Assembly (NCBI GenBank): GCA_050084515.1
Contig: CM114271.1
Span: 15,252,001-15,316,000, forward strand
DNA: 64,000 bases
DNA from: Blasia pusilla
Taxonomy: Eukaryota
Direction of reading: 5' to 3'
Shown here: in pieces, positions 51,700 through 64,000 of the stretch
Layout of the letters: each line of letters starts with the position of its first letter
Numbering within the stretch: position 1 is the first letter of the stretch
The notes under the pieces: model-generated
What the model was told of the DNA's origin: nothing
What the model saw: only the letters and a program-made list of their open reading frames with translations
The model's database searches: none
Position numbers and translations under genes: made by a program

Positions 51700-52900
51700 A
51701 GAGAATGGTGTCTTGGCTTCATGAAAAGCTATCTTGCCTATTTCTTTTGGAGGGGTGGGGCTTTCCTCCACAGCCGCATATGCTCCAACAACTTTTTTGG
51801 GCGTTGGTTGCATGGATTATGGCTTTAAGGTTTCTCCAAGGAGATACGCCTATATTGATGGATGATGTCGCCCATGTAGAGGACGGGGATCAGTTATTTC
51901 AAAAACAACAGAGATCTGCTTGAGCTCTTCTTCCTCTCGCTACATAAGCAATTCTATCCCCTTCCAATCAATTGATTACGGAAGGACTTGATTGACTTCA
52001 AGAGCATATCTCAGAGAATTTGCACCAAATCGGCTTTTCCCAGCATTCTCTCTAAGGCATCCTTTGACGCTCATCAAGCTTGTCTGCCTTGATGTACGGG
52101 TACGGGAGTCAGGATGTGGCTTATGTGGCTCTTATTCTTCCATTTCGTCTTCCTTAAAGTATATTCTTGACAACTTTGCAGTCACGCCTTGGACTTCCCC
52201 ATCCTTCTCTGTTAAGTGTGCCAAATTGTGTATGTGGGGATCCCATTGATACAAAGTGTATCCATATTCTTCGATGTGCACATGGTGGAGAACGAACGAC
52301 CACACATGATGTCATGAGAGAGGCGGTAGCATCAGTGGCTCGTACTAGTGGGTACACCGTTGGGCAAGAGCAACTTAATGTCCTACCTTCAACTACACAA
52401 GCAACCTTTCGTCGGAGAGTTGATCTTGTTATGTCTCGAGGAGGATTCCGGACACTAGGTGATGTGGTGGTTGTTGATCCAACACGTTTTGACTTGGTGT
52501 GTCGAGCCGCACATACCAGAGATTTGGCGGCCGAAGCAACATAAAGAATCAAGGAGTTAAGTTATGCTATAAGACATGCCACAAATGGATTTATTCTTTT
52601 TGCAATACATGTATTCGATCATTTACATATGTCTTTTGATAATTTCCTGAAAACATATGCTCATCACTCCCTCGAGAATCATGACCTTGCCCCTTCCCGT
52701 AGTCCTTCTCTCTATATAGTCACTACTTATTAATTATGCATCATCGAAAATAAATAGTGACTACATAGAGATGCATCGTCGAAAATAGGATGCGGCTACC
52801 CTAAACCCTTACAACGTGCACAAGCTTTGACATTGATACATCATGCGGAAGTGGTGGGAGGCCGCTCGCCTCGTCGTCCGTTCACATCCGACCAACCTCC
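51700..52900 (+). mobile_element. 3' part of a non-LTR retrotransposon with a CCHC knuckle and restriction-like endonuclease (CRE/R2-type), degraded
   Basis: AILPISFGGVGLSS, RLGLP..CVCGDPIDTKCIHILRCAHGGERTTTHDVMR, RRVDLV..TLGDVVVVDP, K..Y and FILFAI match the RLE-clade LINE C-terminal architecture. Confidence 0.7.
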
Positions 52901-53522
52901 AAAGTTCTTATTTCAGACTATCAATTGTATAACTTATTAAATTGGTATTTTTTTCGACTAGCTATCTTTTCTTTTTACATTCCATTACATATTTTTCATT
53001 TCTCGTCTAGAAATGTTCTTACCTTTCTTTGTCTTCGTGAGGTTTGACACTCTTTTAGTTGGGTATTATATGTGCATCCATTTAATCACCAACTCTATCC
53101 TTTATTAGTAATTCACTACGTTGTACCCCATGGGGCCGCCACACTAATTTTCTTCTAAGTGTGCGTTAGAGTGTGTGATTTGGGACTACGCTGATCCGGC
53201 ACCTGTCTGACAACAGCTCGGGCAGACGACCGATGGAATTTGGAGGACGAAAGTATCACACGATCCATACATCCATCCATTTCGATCCATCCATCGGTTC
53301 GTTCGAGACTGGCAGTTCGTGAGCAGATAGAACCCGGAACCTCCGTTTCTTCAGCAGAAGCGGAATTCTGAGGAGCTGAATTCTGTGTAAGCACACGAAT
53401 TCCTCGAGAGCTCAGCGGAGATCGTAATGATGATGCGAGCGGTGTGGCGGAGATTGTAGTGATGATGTGAACGGTGTGGCGAAGTGAATGGTTTGTGGCG
53501 GCTGCCCACGCGCCGGCTGGCT

Positions 53523-55262
53523 ATGGCGAAATTAATTATGCTCGGGCACTCGGATTCTGCGGGTTCTCCTATGTTTGCGAGCGCGTCTGGATCGATCATC
53601 CGCGCTCGCTGCTCTCCCGCGATGAATCGCACCGCACTCGCTGCCGTTTGTCGTCCCAAAGAGTGCGGCTCTTTCAGGAGCGGCGGTCTTCGTGGAGGAC
53701 AACAAAGCTCTCATCGGAGTACGCCCGCTCCGGTCAGTTTGAACGGCCGCTCAATCGATCTTCGCAGTCGTGAGGGGCACGTCGGAGCGCCGCACAGAGT
53801 GGTTCAGAGGACGCGGGATCATCTTCGTCCGAAGGCGCGGAGATTCGGCAGTAGAGTATTTGCGAGTTCGAGTTCGAATTCTGCAAAGTCGAGTGCTGAT
53901 GCCGATGAGGAGGAAGAGGGCAGAGGGGGAGAACAGGGGAGAGTTGACGAGAGTGCTCTTCCAACGATGGAGGACATAAAGAGGGTGGCCGAGAGGCAGG
54001 GGATGAAGCTGGAGATTCGGACTCTGGGGCCGTGGTTTCAAATCAATGCGACGAGTCTGGACGGAACGCTGCTGCTGGGCACGGCGGAGGGGTTTGAGAA
54101 GTGGTGGCTTCAGGGGCGTTTGCTGCATTTGGAATCCATCAGATTGACCCGCGAAGCGTCACAGCAATTTACGGGATCGATTTTGGGACCTGCATTTCTC
54201 GTTGGCGCCGCTGCAGTTCGGCACGGCTTGGATCGGAATTGCCCGACCGCTGAGCTGCTCGCCATTTTTGACGACGAGGCCACCCACTCTAAGGTTCGTA
54301 CGACTGTGTGCATTCTTCATCCCATCGTTTCCATCTCCAATTGCCACACTCAGTTGTCGGGAGGAAAATTGCGGTGTTCCTGAGTGAGTGGAAATCCCTC
54401 GCGAGTAGCACATGTAAGCACTTAACTAAGAGATGTCCGCGCTGACGTCGAAGAGTTACAGCACTTGGCTTTACACTGGAAGGAGGATTGAAGGGGAAAA
54501 TTGTAAAATAGTCCTGAATCCTGTCGAAATTCGGTCCAAGGATCACTTATTCCCTGGCGCGGCGAGTGGAGTGCGCGCTCATCATAGAACTTGCTAATGC
54601 TGCTTTCCTGCCTTCGTAACGTGTCTCCGATTCGGAGGAAAGTGCTGCGCCACCAGCTTCCCTAGGCTCGGATGGTGGGGGTGCCCTTTCGGTCAACATT
54701 TCGCCTGTGCTAGTTATTCTGCCGAGGGCAAGAACGCAGCTGACTAACGATTCTCGTGAGGTCCAAATCTCTCGTCTCCCATCTCTGGCGCGTAATCATA
54801 GGTGAGTCTGGAGTGGGAGGAAAACCGTGGGCCGCACTCTGATTGCAATCACGCGGAGCCCAATTTGCGGCAGAGAAAGAGCGATTGAAAGAGTAGAGCG
54901 TCGTCGACGTCCTCAGACCCGTCGAAGTACGATAAGAATCGATCTTCAACGCTATGTTGTGGACATAAGCATCTCACGAAAGCATCAATCAGGATCACTG
55001 ATAAGAAAATGGGTGGTCGGTGAGTGTGCAGCTGGTTAAGTACTACAGTCGACTCGGTTTCCAGGCGATGTACGAAGTAGAAGGAGAGGGATGGAACGAC
55101 ATAGCTAATAGAGTTGTGTGGGGAGGAGTCGGCACACGGATGGATGCAAACTGTGAGGAATTGCTCACGAAATGGTCCCGAGCTCTTCGACCCAAAGACA
55201 GGGAGGCGATTTCAAGGCCAAGCAAGGGCTTTTCGCCGGTAGCTCAAAAGGTGCAACAATAA
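53523..55262 (+). CDS. Conserved uncharacterised GNAT-fold-like protein, probably plastid-targeted (2 exons)
   Basis: Exon 1 53523-54293 and exon 2 55032-55262 join in frame. The N-terminus is Ser/Arg/Ala-rich like a transit peptide. The core LHLESIRL..AELLAIFDD..HSKLVKYYSRLGF..VWGGVGTRM resembles a plant/cyanobacterial family as I recall it. The start codon is uncertain (53523, 53538 or 53571). Confidence 0.8.
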
Positions 55263-56182
55263 TAAAGTGAGGTCAGCTCACCTTTCCGAGTCCACATGGC
55301 GCATGCTTTTCTCACAGCGTGGGTGGCCATTTGCCCCTGTTATGCCTTTAAAAAATCATGGTTTTTCCCGATAGCTGCCCTGCGTGATAGGGATTCTGTT
55401 TTCCATATCTGCGATGGGCTTTTGAGGTTATCGGTTGGAAAGGGGCGAGTGGACGTACACTCCAATCGTTTTCATGGACACCGCATTGCGAAACGTATCT
55501 AGGCTCAGCGTGTTCACTTATGCATTGGTATGGCCAATTTCATTCATTTCTTAGTGTAAATTGGCGCGTTGCAAGAGTACACCTTCCGCGGGACTGCTGC
55601 AATATGAACTGTGTCTAATATGTCCGAAATCTTGACGGATCAGCTTTGGGATCTTGCGTGGAGTAAATTTTAACTGCTCTCAGTGGGCATTTTCGGCTAC
55701 TGAACTTTCGAGGAAGAGCGGTTCAGAAAAAGGGAGGATATCACTGTAAACGTCTCTCCAGAGTAGCGGCTTCTTCCGATGATCCATTCAAAGCACGATG
55801 AGAACTCTTGGCCGAATTGAGCGATACATGGTGATGCATGTAATCAGATTTCCCCCTAAATGAATGGTATCCCAAGTCCAAGGACAATTCATCTCCGGGT
55901 AATGAATCTTCGCCCCACAACAGATTTCCAAAAGTGGCTGTTTATCGAAAGTTGGGAATGTCCGCCAACAGAAATCTTCATGTTCGATCACCCATATTCA
56001 TGTTCGATCACCCATGATTGCTGCACAGATTCTAACGTTCAGCTCCTCCATGGGGAAGCTATTTGCGTCATTTTTTATGCTTGTTTTACCAAGCGGATAT
56101 ACATGATGGGTGTTTGACTCATTGAAGTCTGACGCCCAATGGTTTCCATCGACTTCACAGGTTTTGTTTCCTGCAGTCAATC

Positions 56183-58377
56183 TCACGTATTTTTCCTCAA
56201 CACAATTTCTGCAAGTTGCAATGAAGCCGGAAGGGAAGAAATTTTCTCAGATGGAGTAACGTCGGCAGCATCGACGAGAAGCGTGCAGCAAAGTCCCCAC
56301 TTAGCCATGAGAAACTCCAACGACCGATGCCCGCTGCACGACACACAGAATACTGCAAATAAGTCTCGACCATCCAAGAAAACCTTGTCAATCTGTTACC
56401 CGCTCACGGATGATCCATTGTGTTGTGTTCTGAAAAGAAGACTCCAGCAAAAGCCAAAGCAAAGCGAGTTACAGGATTGGTTGCTACATCATCACTCCAA
56501 CGACAGCAGCCAAACCTGCGCTGTTGGTAGGTTGTGATGAAAACTGCACTTGGTGTACCACGCAACAAGTAGCTGACAGTAGCAAAAAGATCATCGAAGT
56601 CTGCAGGTCATTCTTGAAGATATGCACAGAAAAATCAGCCCCTTTATGTTTGAAGAGAACAAAAATCCAACGAAGGTCCTTTCAATGTGGACATGGTAAT
56701 GCAATCCAGGCTTCGGGCTTGAAGAATGAGCATTTGCTAACAACGAAAGTTTCAATAAGGACCATTCCAAACAACAACAACAACGGGCCCAAGAATCAAC
56801 CTGCGTTCTCATAAAGAACATCTGCCCCGAGTATGATCTGAACTTGGTCTTGAAGCGCGCAAGTATCCTTATCCCATTCGCCCCATGTAAGACTTTGGAT
56901 CTGTCACCAAAGATGCGAACAAGTAAGACCATTTTCACTTTACGAAAGTGAAGATCGGAGAGCTAACAAACGAAACAAGGAATTTCGAGCTCGGTGAATA
57001 AAACAACGGTACACAATGCACTCCAAAACGTGTACATAGAAATCGTTCAAGCAGTGCCACCTTGCAATCAATTTTGTTTAGTTGGCAGGTTGTCTTCATA
57101 TTCTCAAAGACCTTCGCAGCAAAAAACTACCCGAAGTCAGATTCGTCATCTCTTTCCCATTGCCAGTCATCAGCAGCTAATCTTGACAAAACACGACGTT
57201 CACCTTGCGCGCACATGGGGATCACGATTGCAAGACTGCCTAACTCTATGACCCATATCCTTCCAAGGAAAGAGGCAAATCAAGTCGTGGTGAGAGCATA
57301 TGATCACCTCAGGTTGACTAGCATGATCCGTCAGCGTGACATTGCTTCCTACTTTTGCTGCCACAATGCCTGGCAATGCTGTTCCTGCACCCAACTGCAC
57401 AGGCAAGAGTTTCTCTTCTGGTTGACAACACAATCCATTCCAATGGAAGCTTGGAGCCAGTGAGAACAAAAAGCTTACCTGTGACAGTTTAGTAGAGTCA
57501 TTACTCTTCACGTCGTCCAATTTAGCAAAACTTATCCAACAGCTGAAATTGGAGAGAGTAGTGGAAGTGCTGGAAATGCTTGTGAAAATGTAGCTTCTCT
57601 CTCATGCGTGTTGTTTTCGAATCTACCTGGTGAGGATCCGTACTCACTACAGGCGTCCCAAACGAGGCCGGACAGCCACAACCCCAAAAATGCAAAATTG
57701 TGGAGTGGTCATGTGCTTAGTGACTTAATCTGTGAACACAGTTCAATGCGTTCGATTACCTCAAGGACATTAGCTCCATGGAAGCGCTCCCGTTGTTGCC
57801 AGATGTACTCCGCCAAAGGTATGCTAGATGGCCACACGTACAAACCGTACTCCTCTTTCATCACCTGCAGACAATCGAGTCATGATATTACTGATTGGTG
57901 GTTAGAATGAAGTTGCTTGCGCCTGTAGTTTCAATGGCGTGCGTATCGTTCAGCAGTACATTGGTCGTGGCGATTTCTCATCCACGAAAGCGCTCTTCAA
58001 TTTTACTTGTCTAAGTTTGATCTACTAAATTTATTCAGCCCCTCTGCTTTTCTTGTCCTTCTATGGTCGCAACGCTAAGAGAGGCAAACATTTGTGAAGA
58101 AAGTCTCCCTGTATTCCTTTTCCCTTAGCGGCGATCACAGGACTCGAAGCACTCACATCTGTAAGATGATCTGTGGAGCATGAAACACAAAAAGACTCTG
58201 CGAGTGAGAGAGGAAATAGCGCGTAGAGGCCAATTGTCTTCTCAATAGACGGGAGTCCAATCGGGACATTCAAATGATAAGAAAATGAAAGGAGTGGGCG
58301 AAGGTAAACACCTCTGAGATGCGAACGGTGAGATGGAGAGGACCGTCTTCAAAGTGATGCTCCGAGACTCTCCGCAT
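56183..58377 (-). CDS. METTL23: METTL23-like class I SAM-dependent protein methyltransferase (Methyltransf_16 family), 7 exons
   Basis: Exons 58377-58312, 57864-57760, 57394-57308, 57111-57061, 56900-56801, 56600-56516 and 56333-56183 join in frame. Motifs: YGLYVWPSS..LAEY, VLELGAGTALPG, VTLTD, LTWG, ILGADVLY and TTYQQRS. Confidence 0.88.
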
Positions 58378-61300
58378 TTTCTCTCTTGATTAGGTTGTGG
58401 ACCTCCCTCCCCTGCGTCAACTTCTCATGATAATCTTTCCGCCGTTTGAATCCCTCCCCGAGTGACGAAACAGCGATGGCACGGCTCGACTGGAGCTCCC
58501 TAACGTGCGCACGTTGTGTTGAAAGGCCTCAAGTTTCCATGCACTGCCTTGATTTACCCCAATCCGACTGTGAGCTCCCCTGGTTCTTTCAAGTATGTGT
58601 CTCGTACAAGAAGTAATTAGAATCACTGACGTATGTGTTTGCAAACCTTCGCTGTCTAATTTGGCCTCGGTACACCTCGATGAATCAAGAGACGGGGCAG
58701 CATCAAAATTTGCAGCACCTTACGATAACGAATTAGGACGACTGCCGGCAAAGCGCTCCCCTCCCTCATGTGGTCCCCTGAGCCACATGGTAGAACAGGG
58801 CTGAACTGTGCAACCAGTTCGCCGCCGGAAATTTGGTCTTGTAGGGAACTCGGGAGGATTTTAAGGGTGTAGACGATTTCGAAAACTGCAATTTCCATTG
58901 TTCCAGTCATCAAGCCATTAATCGTAGGAGATGGCTTTACTTCCTTTAGGATTTTCTCGAGAGAACTTTGAGAATAGGGATGCAGCTACAAAATGGGGCT
59001 TTACGGATTCGTAAAGCTTTCTTGTTGCATTGAGTAGTGAAACTCCGTGAGAATTGGACAGCACCCGTCCTTCACTTACGCGGTCTTTAATGGATGCGTG
59101 AATCCTCAATGGTTGTCGATCCGTTGAGAGACTCCAGTAACGAGACTGGGGGATGGGTTCCTGGAAACGGCTTAGGATTTTGTGTAGTCACTTTCTTCCC
59201 ACTTCGGGAACCATGTGACTGGTGGGTATCTCATCCTGTCACACACTCCGGAAAAAAAACCGTAGACTGTTGAGGCATATGGTAATGTCTCTCTCTCTAG
59301 GTCCACATGATTTGTAAAAGTTTGTAATAAGGACCTTGAAGTTGTGAACATGGCCTTCAGATCGAGAGAAGGAAGGAGAAAGGCGAAACGTCCGGAGTTG
59401 TGGAGATGAAAGTGTCGAGGATGGATGAATACAACCCTAAAGGTTGAGATTTGAATTCGACAGATTGTTGAGTTGGAGAATCAGTGAAAAATGTTGGAAG
59501 CTTGACAAGATCGTTCCCAAATTTCGAACTTCTTCCTGATCTCCAACTCTCTTCATTTTTCTCATTGTAAATCTATCGTCAAAAAGCTTTTCCATTGTGA
59601 ATTTTGCTCATTCTCACCTTCTTTTTTTTTTTTTCTTTTCCATTGTGGTCATTTTGGCATTCTCAGTGACCTAGCTTGGGATCAAGAAGATTTTCCTTTC
59701 TTCCCAAAATCAATCTCAAAAGCTGCTGGTGAAGGGTGGTCGTGGCACCAGTGACCTACTTTTCCTTTCTGCCACTCAGTGAGAAACAACCAACCAGACG
59801 ACCCAGAAACAATCGATAGTTTCAATCTTCTTCACCTTCGTATGTCACCAAGAGTGTTCTTGATGTCTGCAAGCTGATAAGGCAAGCAGGAGGCAGTTCC
59901 TCAAAGACCCTTTGTAACCAGCGTTTGAAAGCAGCAAAGGGAAAATGTCATGTGCTTCCGTTTTTTAATGTCACACGAAGTCTGTCTGCCTGATCCGACC
60001 GTGCAGATGAAACAAAGGCCGCTAGGCAAGGAACGTTGATGTTGAAGAGTTTCTCGAGCAACAACAGATTACTGGATGCAGCAAAGAGGGACTCTCTATT
60101 CACCATCTCTGAAGTGATACTTTACACAACGAATTGCACCACTTGGGTAGCAATTGACACCGATCATGTACAATTTCGGTCTGAACCCTGAGCCCTCTGT
60201 CTATCTATCTGTACAGCTATTGTACATCGGATCTATTTCGGATTTGGACTAACTGAATATTTCATCATCCAGAAAGCCGTGTGCGCAGTTGAATCCATTC
60301 AGATATTGACCATACTGAGCTGCAAGCGAAGATCCACCTTGCCGCCCTAACATGCTGACGTCGAAGACCACCATCCCACCGAATTCCTGCAATGGTCAAA
60401 ACACACACCAAACGAATCTCAGCTGGTTGTGGACGCAGATAGCGTACTATCTCGAATCGCCCAGGTCTGTCACTCTGTCGCCTACAACACTGTTGTTGAC
60501 GGATAATATCCGCGTCTTTTTCAGAATGACGCTTTCTAACCCTCTCAGTAGAATACTCCATCTGATCTCTTGGCTTTTGGGAAAGGACGTGCTATGTCTT
60601 CTCACTGTTGACTGACTACAACCTTAGATCCTACAAGTCTCGGTTGGTGATACAGGTTTATAAAAGCATAAAATTTCAACCTGGTCGGTTCGATGGATTG
60701 AATTGGATGCATTCTCATCCTCGAAGGCAGGCCTCTTCTGCTCCTCGTCAGCGTGTTGGCCATGCTTTCCTTCAAAGTGGTGCACCAGAGCTTGGGAAGC
60801 CTCATGATTGAGCAATCTGCTCGGCACAGAAACACCGCCATTACCACAGCACTCTCGACCTCTAAATTATGGAAGCTGTTTGACGTCATGAAAAACTTTG
60901 AAACGAGGAGTGCCAGACATTCGTATGTGAACCCTTATCATTAAACTCCTTATCATCACATTGTTACAACTACTCGAGCGGTTAGATCCGAACACACGCT
61001 CTCCCCGTTCATTACATCGTCTTCATGACGTTTGTTAACAACCTGCCAAAATCTTCCATCAACACGTCTCTTGTCACTAGATAGAGTAAGACAGAGTGAA
61101 GGGTTTTGCCAAACGAAAGGTGGAGGCAAAGAGTGCGTACGGAGATGAGCGCATCCGCAGATTCATTAGATGTCCGTTCAGCCACTGGTTTTGCAACCTC
61201 GCATCTCCATAATGGGCGGTCGACAGAATGCTCTCATCCTCGTCCTGATCATTTCCATCCATTCCCGGGACACAAATTAAAAACTGTCCTCGAAGCATTC

Positions 61301-63147
61301 GCCAGAACTATCATACTGAGCTGAGCATGATCCAATTGGCCTAATTCAAAGAACTCCGATTGTCCCAGGTACCAAAAAAGAAAACGTCGGCTTCCTAGAT
61401 TCGTTTACAAAATCCAGACTCACACAACTTCAAGCTGTGGGGGTTCTCGGCAGTCTCCCAATTGAGACTTCCATACTGGATCTAAGCTTTAGTCTGAACA
61501 GGAGGCATCTGTATGTGTAAAGTGCGATATGGAGTAAATATTGCAGGTGTACTATTCTACACCTCTCTTCGGTACAGAGACCAGATGGACAACTACTGAG
61601 ATACAGATACTGTTGCAACTTCTGCAAACCCAGCCAGGGTCCAGAATATTCAGGTCCCGGGCTTTCAAATCAGAAATGCCGGACACTGACATAAGATAGA
61701 TTCCTCAAAATCATAGACCATCTTTGAAGATCCCAAGTCTCAGCACAGACACATCGAACTCACCGAGGAGAATTCAAATGAACTCAAACATGGTAGCACC
61801 CAGTGAATTTCCAGGTCCGACTTGCTCGACCAACGAATCAATTGATCTTTGCTCAACTCCGCCTTCGCTCTACCTCGGGAGCAACCACCTCCCAAAAACT
61901 CGCGACAAAACCCTATGAACATTCAAATAAACTCTAAAAAAAGCAGGACAAAGCCGGTGGTTAGGCAGACGCCCCGTTGTTCGGGGTGTTGCTATGAACA
62001 ACCCCAGGATGTGATGAGTCGACATCGAGGTGCCAAACGACTCCGTCGATAAGAGCTCTTGGGAGTCATCAGCCTGTGTGGCAACAGCTGAACTTTCAAA
62101 ACAAACTGGCTAGACCTACAACCATGACCCTAGGCGAGTACAAAGAGGGAATCGATCCAACGCGGACCGCTCTTGCTCTCGATCCGTGCGATGTGCCCTC
62201 CCAAGAACCTCCCACGAATAGCTCGGGGGACTCTGGGCACTCTAAAGATTCAAACATCACGGAAGGGCCTCGGGACGTAAAGCAGTAGTCCAGCGCTTGA
62301 ATATTTAACACACCCGCGACGCGGCGGAATCGTCCGCCGATCACAGCGACCGCATCCGTCTCACGCATCCATACAGTACAGCAGGAAGAATCAGCAGAAC
62401 TGACAAAGAATTCCGAGAGCTCCACCTCAGAACGGGAGACCGAGCCTCGGGCTTTGCTGCAAGCACAGCTACCGCTGGGTCCCATGCGCCGCCCAGCGCT
62501 CTGTCGTACCGCCGGGACCTGTATCGAGCTCCACGACCGAGTTCCCGCCGCTGCAGACATCGCGCGCAATCGAACTACTGCCTCCCTTCCGCTAACAGCC
62601 ACGTTCGAGTTGGAGAAGGCGATCGGCATGCTCCGACTGCGTCGTGGGAAACGAAAATCGAGGAAGCGTGCTCGGGGAGAAATTCCGGAGAACGGCAGAA
62701 TGGAGAGGTGCTGTTCCTTCTTCTTTCACGCCGATTTCAGCCGCCTGGGAAGTGGTGATTTTAAGCGTTGCGATCTCCCGGAGAGCGAGCGAGCAGACGA
62801 TCGATCGATCGCAGGGGCCGCCTCGGGCAACGCGCGCGCTTTCTCGCTCTTACGATCCGAGAGGGGCACACGGCTTCCGGCCGATCCGATCGCCACAAGG
62901 CCCGCGAAGATAGAGAGGTGCGTGGCCGGGGCGTGGCTTGACTCACAGCGCTTTGTCAGCTTCTTCTTCCCACGATCCTCGACAGTCGATCGATTGCCTG
63001 CTCCGATCTGCGGCACCGGATGCGTCGCGTTCCATACTCCTCGCCGCACAGAGAAATATCTCGTCGCGGACCGGAGCGAGCCCTCCGCGATTCCTCCTTC
63101 TTTCCTTCTCGTGTTGCTATCGAAGCCCTTTCATCGGGTTCACGCAC

Positions 63148-63350
63148 TTGCTCTCTTTTATTATGGGAGAGTGCCTGAACGTAACGTCGTTTGTGGATGT
63201 AAGTGTTTGAAGAGTTGCTCTCTTTTATTATGGGAGAGTGCCTGAACGTAACGTCGTTGGTGGATATAAGCGTTTGAAGAGTTGCTCTCTCTTATTATGG
63301 GAGAGTGCCTAAACGTAACGTCGTTTGTGGATATAAGTGTTTGAAGAGTT
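63148..63350. repeat. Three 67-bp tandem units, each containing a GGGAGAGTG transposon-end motif
   Basis: The unit TTGCTCTCTTTTATTATGGGAGAGTGCCTGAACGTAACGTCGTTTGTGGATGTAAGTGTTTGAAGAG has its GGG at 63165, 63232 and 63299. Confidence 0.9.
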
Positions 63351-63901
63351 AGTGCATAACTCGTGAAAGGAAGAGATCAATTGTGATGCACATAAATTAA
63401 AATTTCTTTTTTTGCTGCTTTCTCGTAATATAATATGTGAAATATTTTCTTGATGCCCTGTCGTCATGTGTCCAAGATAGAGGTGTTTGCAAGTCAAGAG
63501 GTCACTCTCCCACAAGAATATAAATAGACTTGTTTATTTGTCTCCTGGCAATCCGTCCCGGCAAACGATGGGAGAGTGTCAGATTAGCAAACATCTCTTT
63601 GCTTGACATATGGCAACCGGGCAGCAAGAAAATATTTTCCCCTGTAAGGGCGACGAGAAAAGAATTTTGCGTGCAACATGATTAGTCCCTTCACTCTCGT
63701 GCATGGCACATGCTGCCTACTAGTTGTACTAGTGGTAGCCCATGCCATACCCCAATCATGTTTGGGACACACAATATATTTTTCTTGTTTCGCGCAGGAG
63801 AAAACAATTTCTTGTCGCTCATCGAATAAAAAAATATTTTCTTATTTTCCTCTTATTACACGTCATGCAAAGAGGTATTTACAAATAAGAATACACTCTC
63901 C
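63299..63901. mobile_element. Two adjacent MITE-like elements with GGGAGAGTG...CACTCTCC(C) ends (63299-63511 and 63570-63901)
   Basis: Terminal inverted motifs are present. Long degenerate subterminal inverted repeats (CTCTTTGCTTGAC..AAGAAAATATTTT versus AAAATATTTTCTT..TCATGCAAAGAG) are shared between the copies and with 37150-37205. Confidence 0.6.
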
Positions 63902-64000
63902 AATAATAATATAGACTAGTCCTTTTTTCTATTTGAGATTACCTTATGCTCGTGTTGTAGGATGTATAATTTTGAATTATGCATATTAAGTGTACATTCA

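Noticed and set aside
62454-63245. 263-aa plus-strand ORF
   Set aside because: It lies in a GC-rich region with overlapping ORFs on both strands, has no recognisable domain and runs into a tandem repeat, so it is probably spurious.
63148-63350. CRISPR-like array
   Set aside because: The units are contiguous near-identical repeats without unique spacers, the context is eukaryotic, and no cas genes are present.

Overview
Eukaryotic, intron-rich plant genomic DNA; a non-seed land plant such as a bryophyte or lycophyte is my inference from gene and transposon style, not something proven. Five spliced host genes were reconstructed by hand: a PFK5-like ATP-dependent 6-phosphofructokinase (+, 2128-7796), a PAP1/24/27-type purple acid phosphatase / nucleotide pyrophosphatase (-, 10356-17261), a GRIP-domain golgin (-, 24131-36353), a GNAT-like protein that is probably plastid-targeted (+, 53523-55262) and a METTL23-like methyltransferase (-, 56183-58377). 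Between them lie decayed transposons: Copia RT/RNase H, a Helitron helicase, a LINE with a restriction-like endonuclease, and MITEs. The standout is an approximately 8.5 kb Ty3/gypsy-type element (-, 41484-50044). Its polyprotein carries a recognisable DNMT3-like C5-cytosine methyltransferase between the protease and RT, and a PHD finger at the integrase C-terminus. It shows no LTR pair. Its two ends reappear fused as a 608-bp TG...CA unit at 21492-22099. This copy is pseudogenised by stops, frameshifts and an RNase H deletion.
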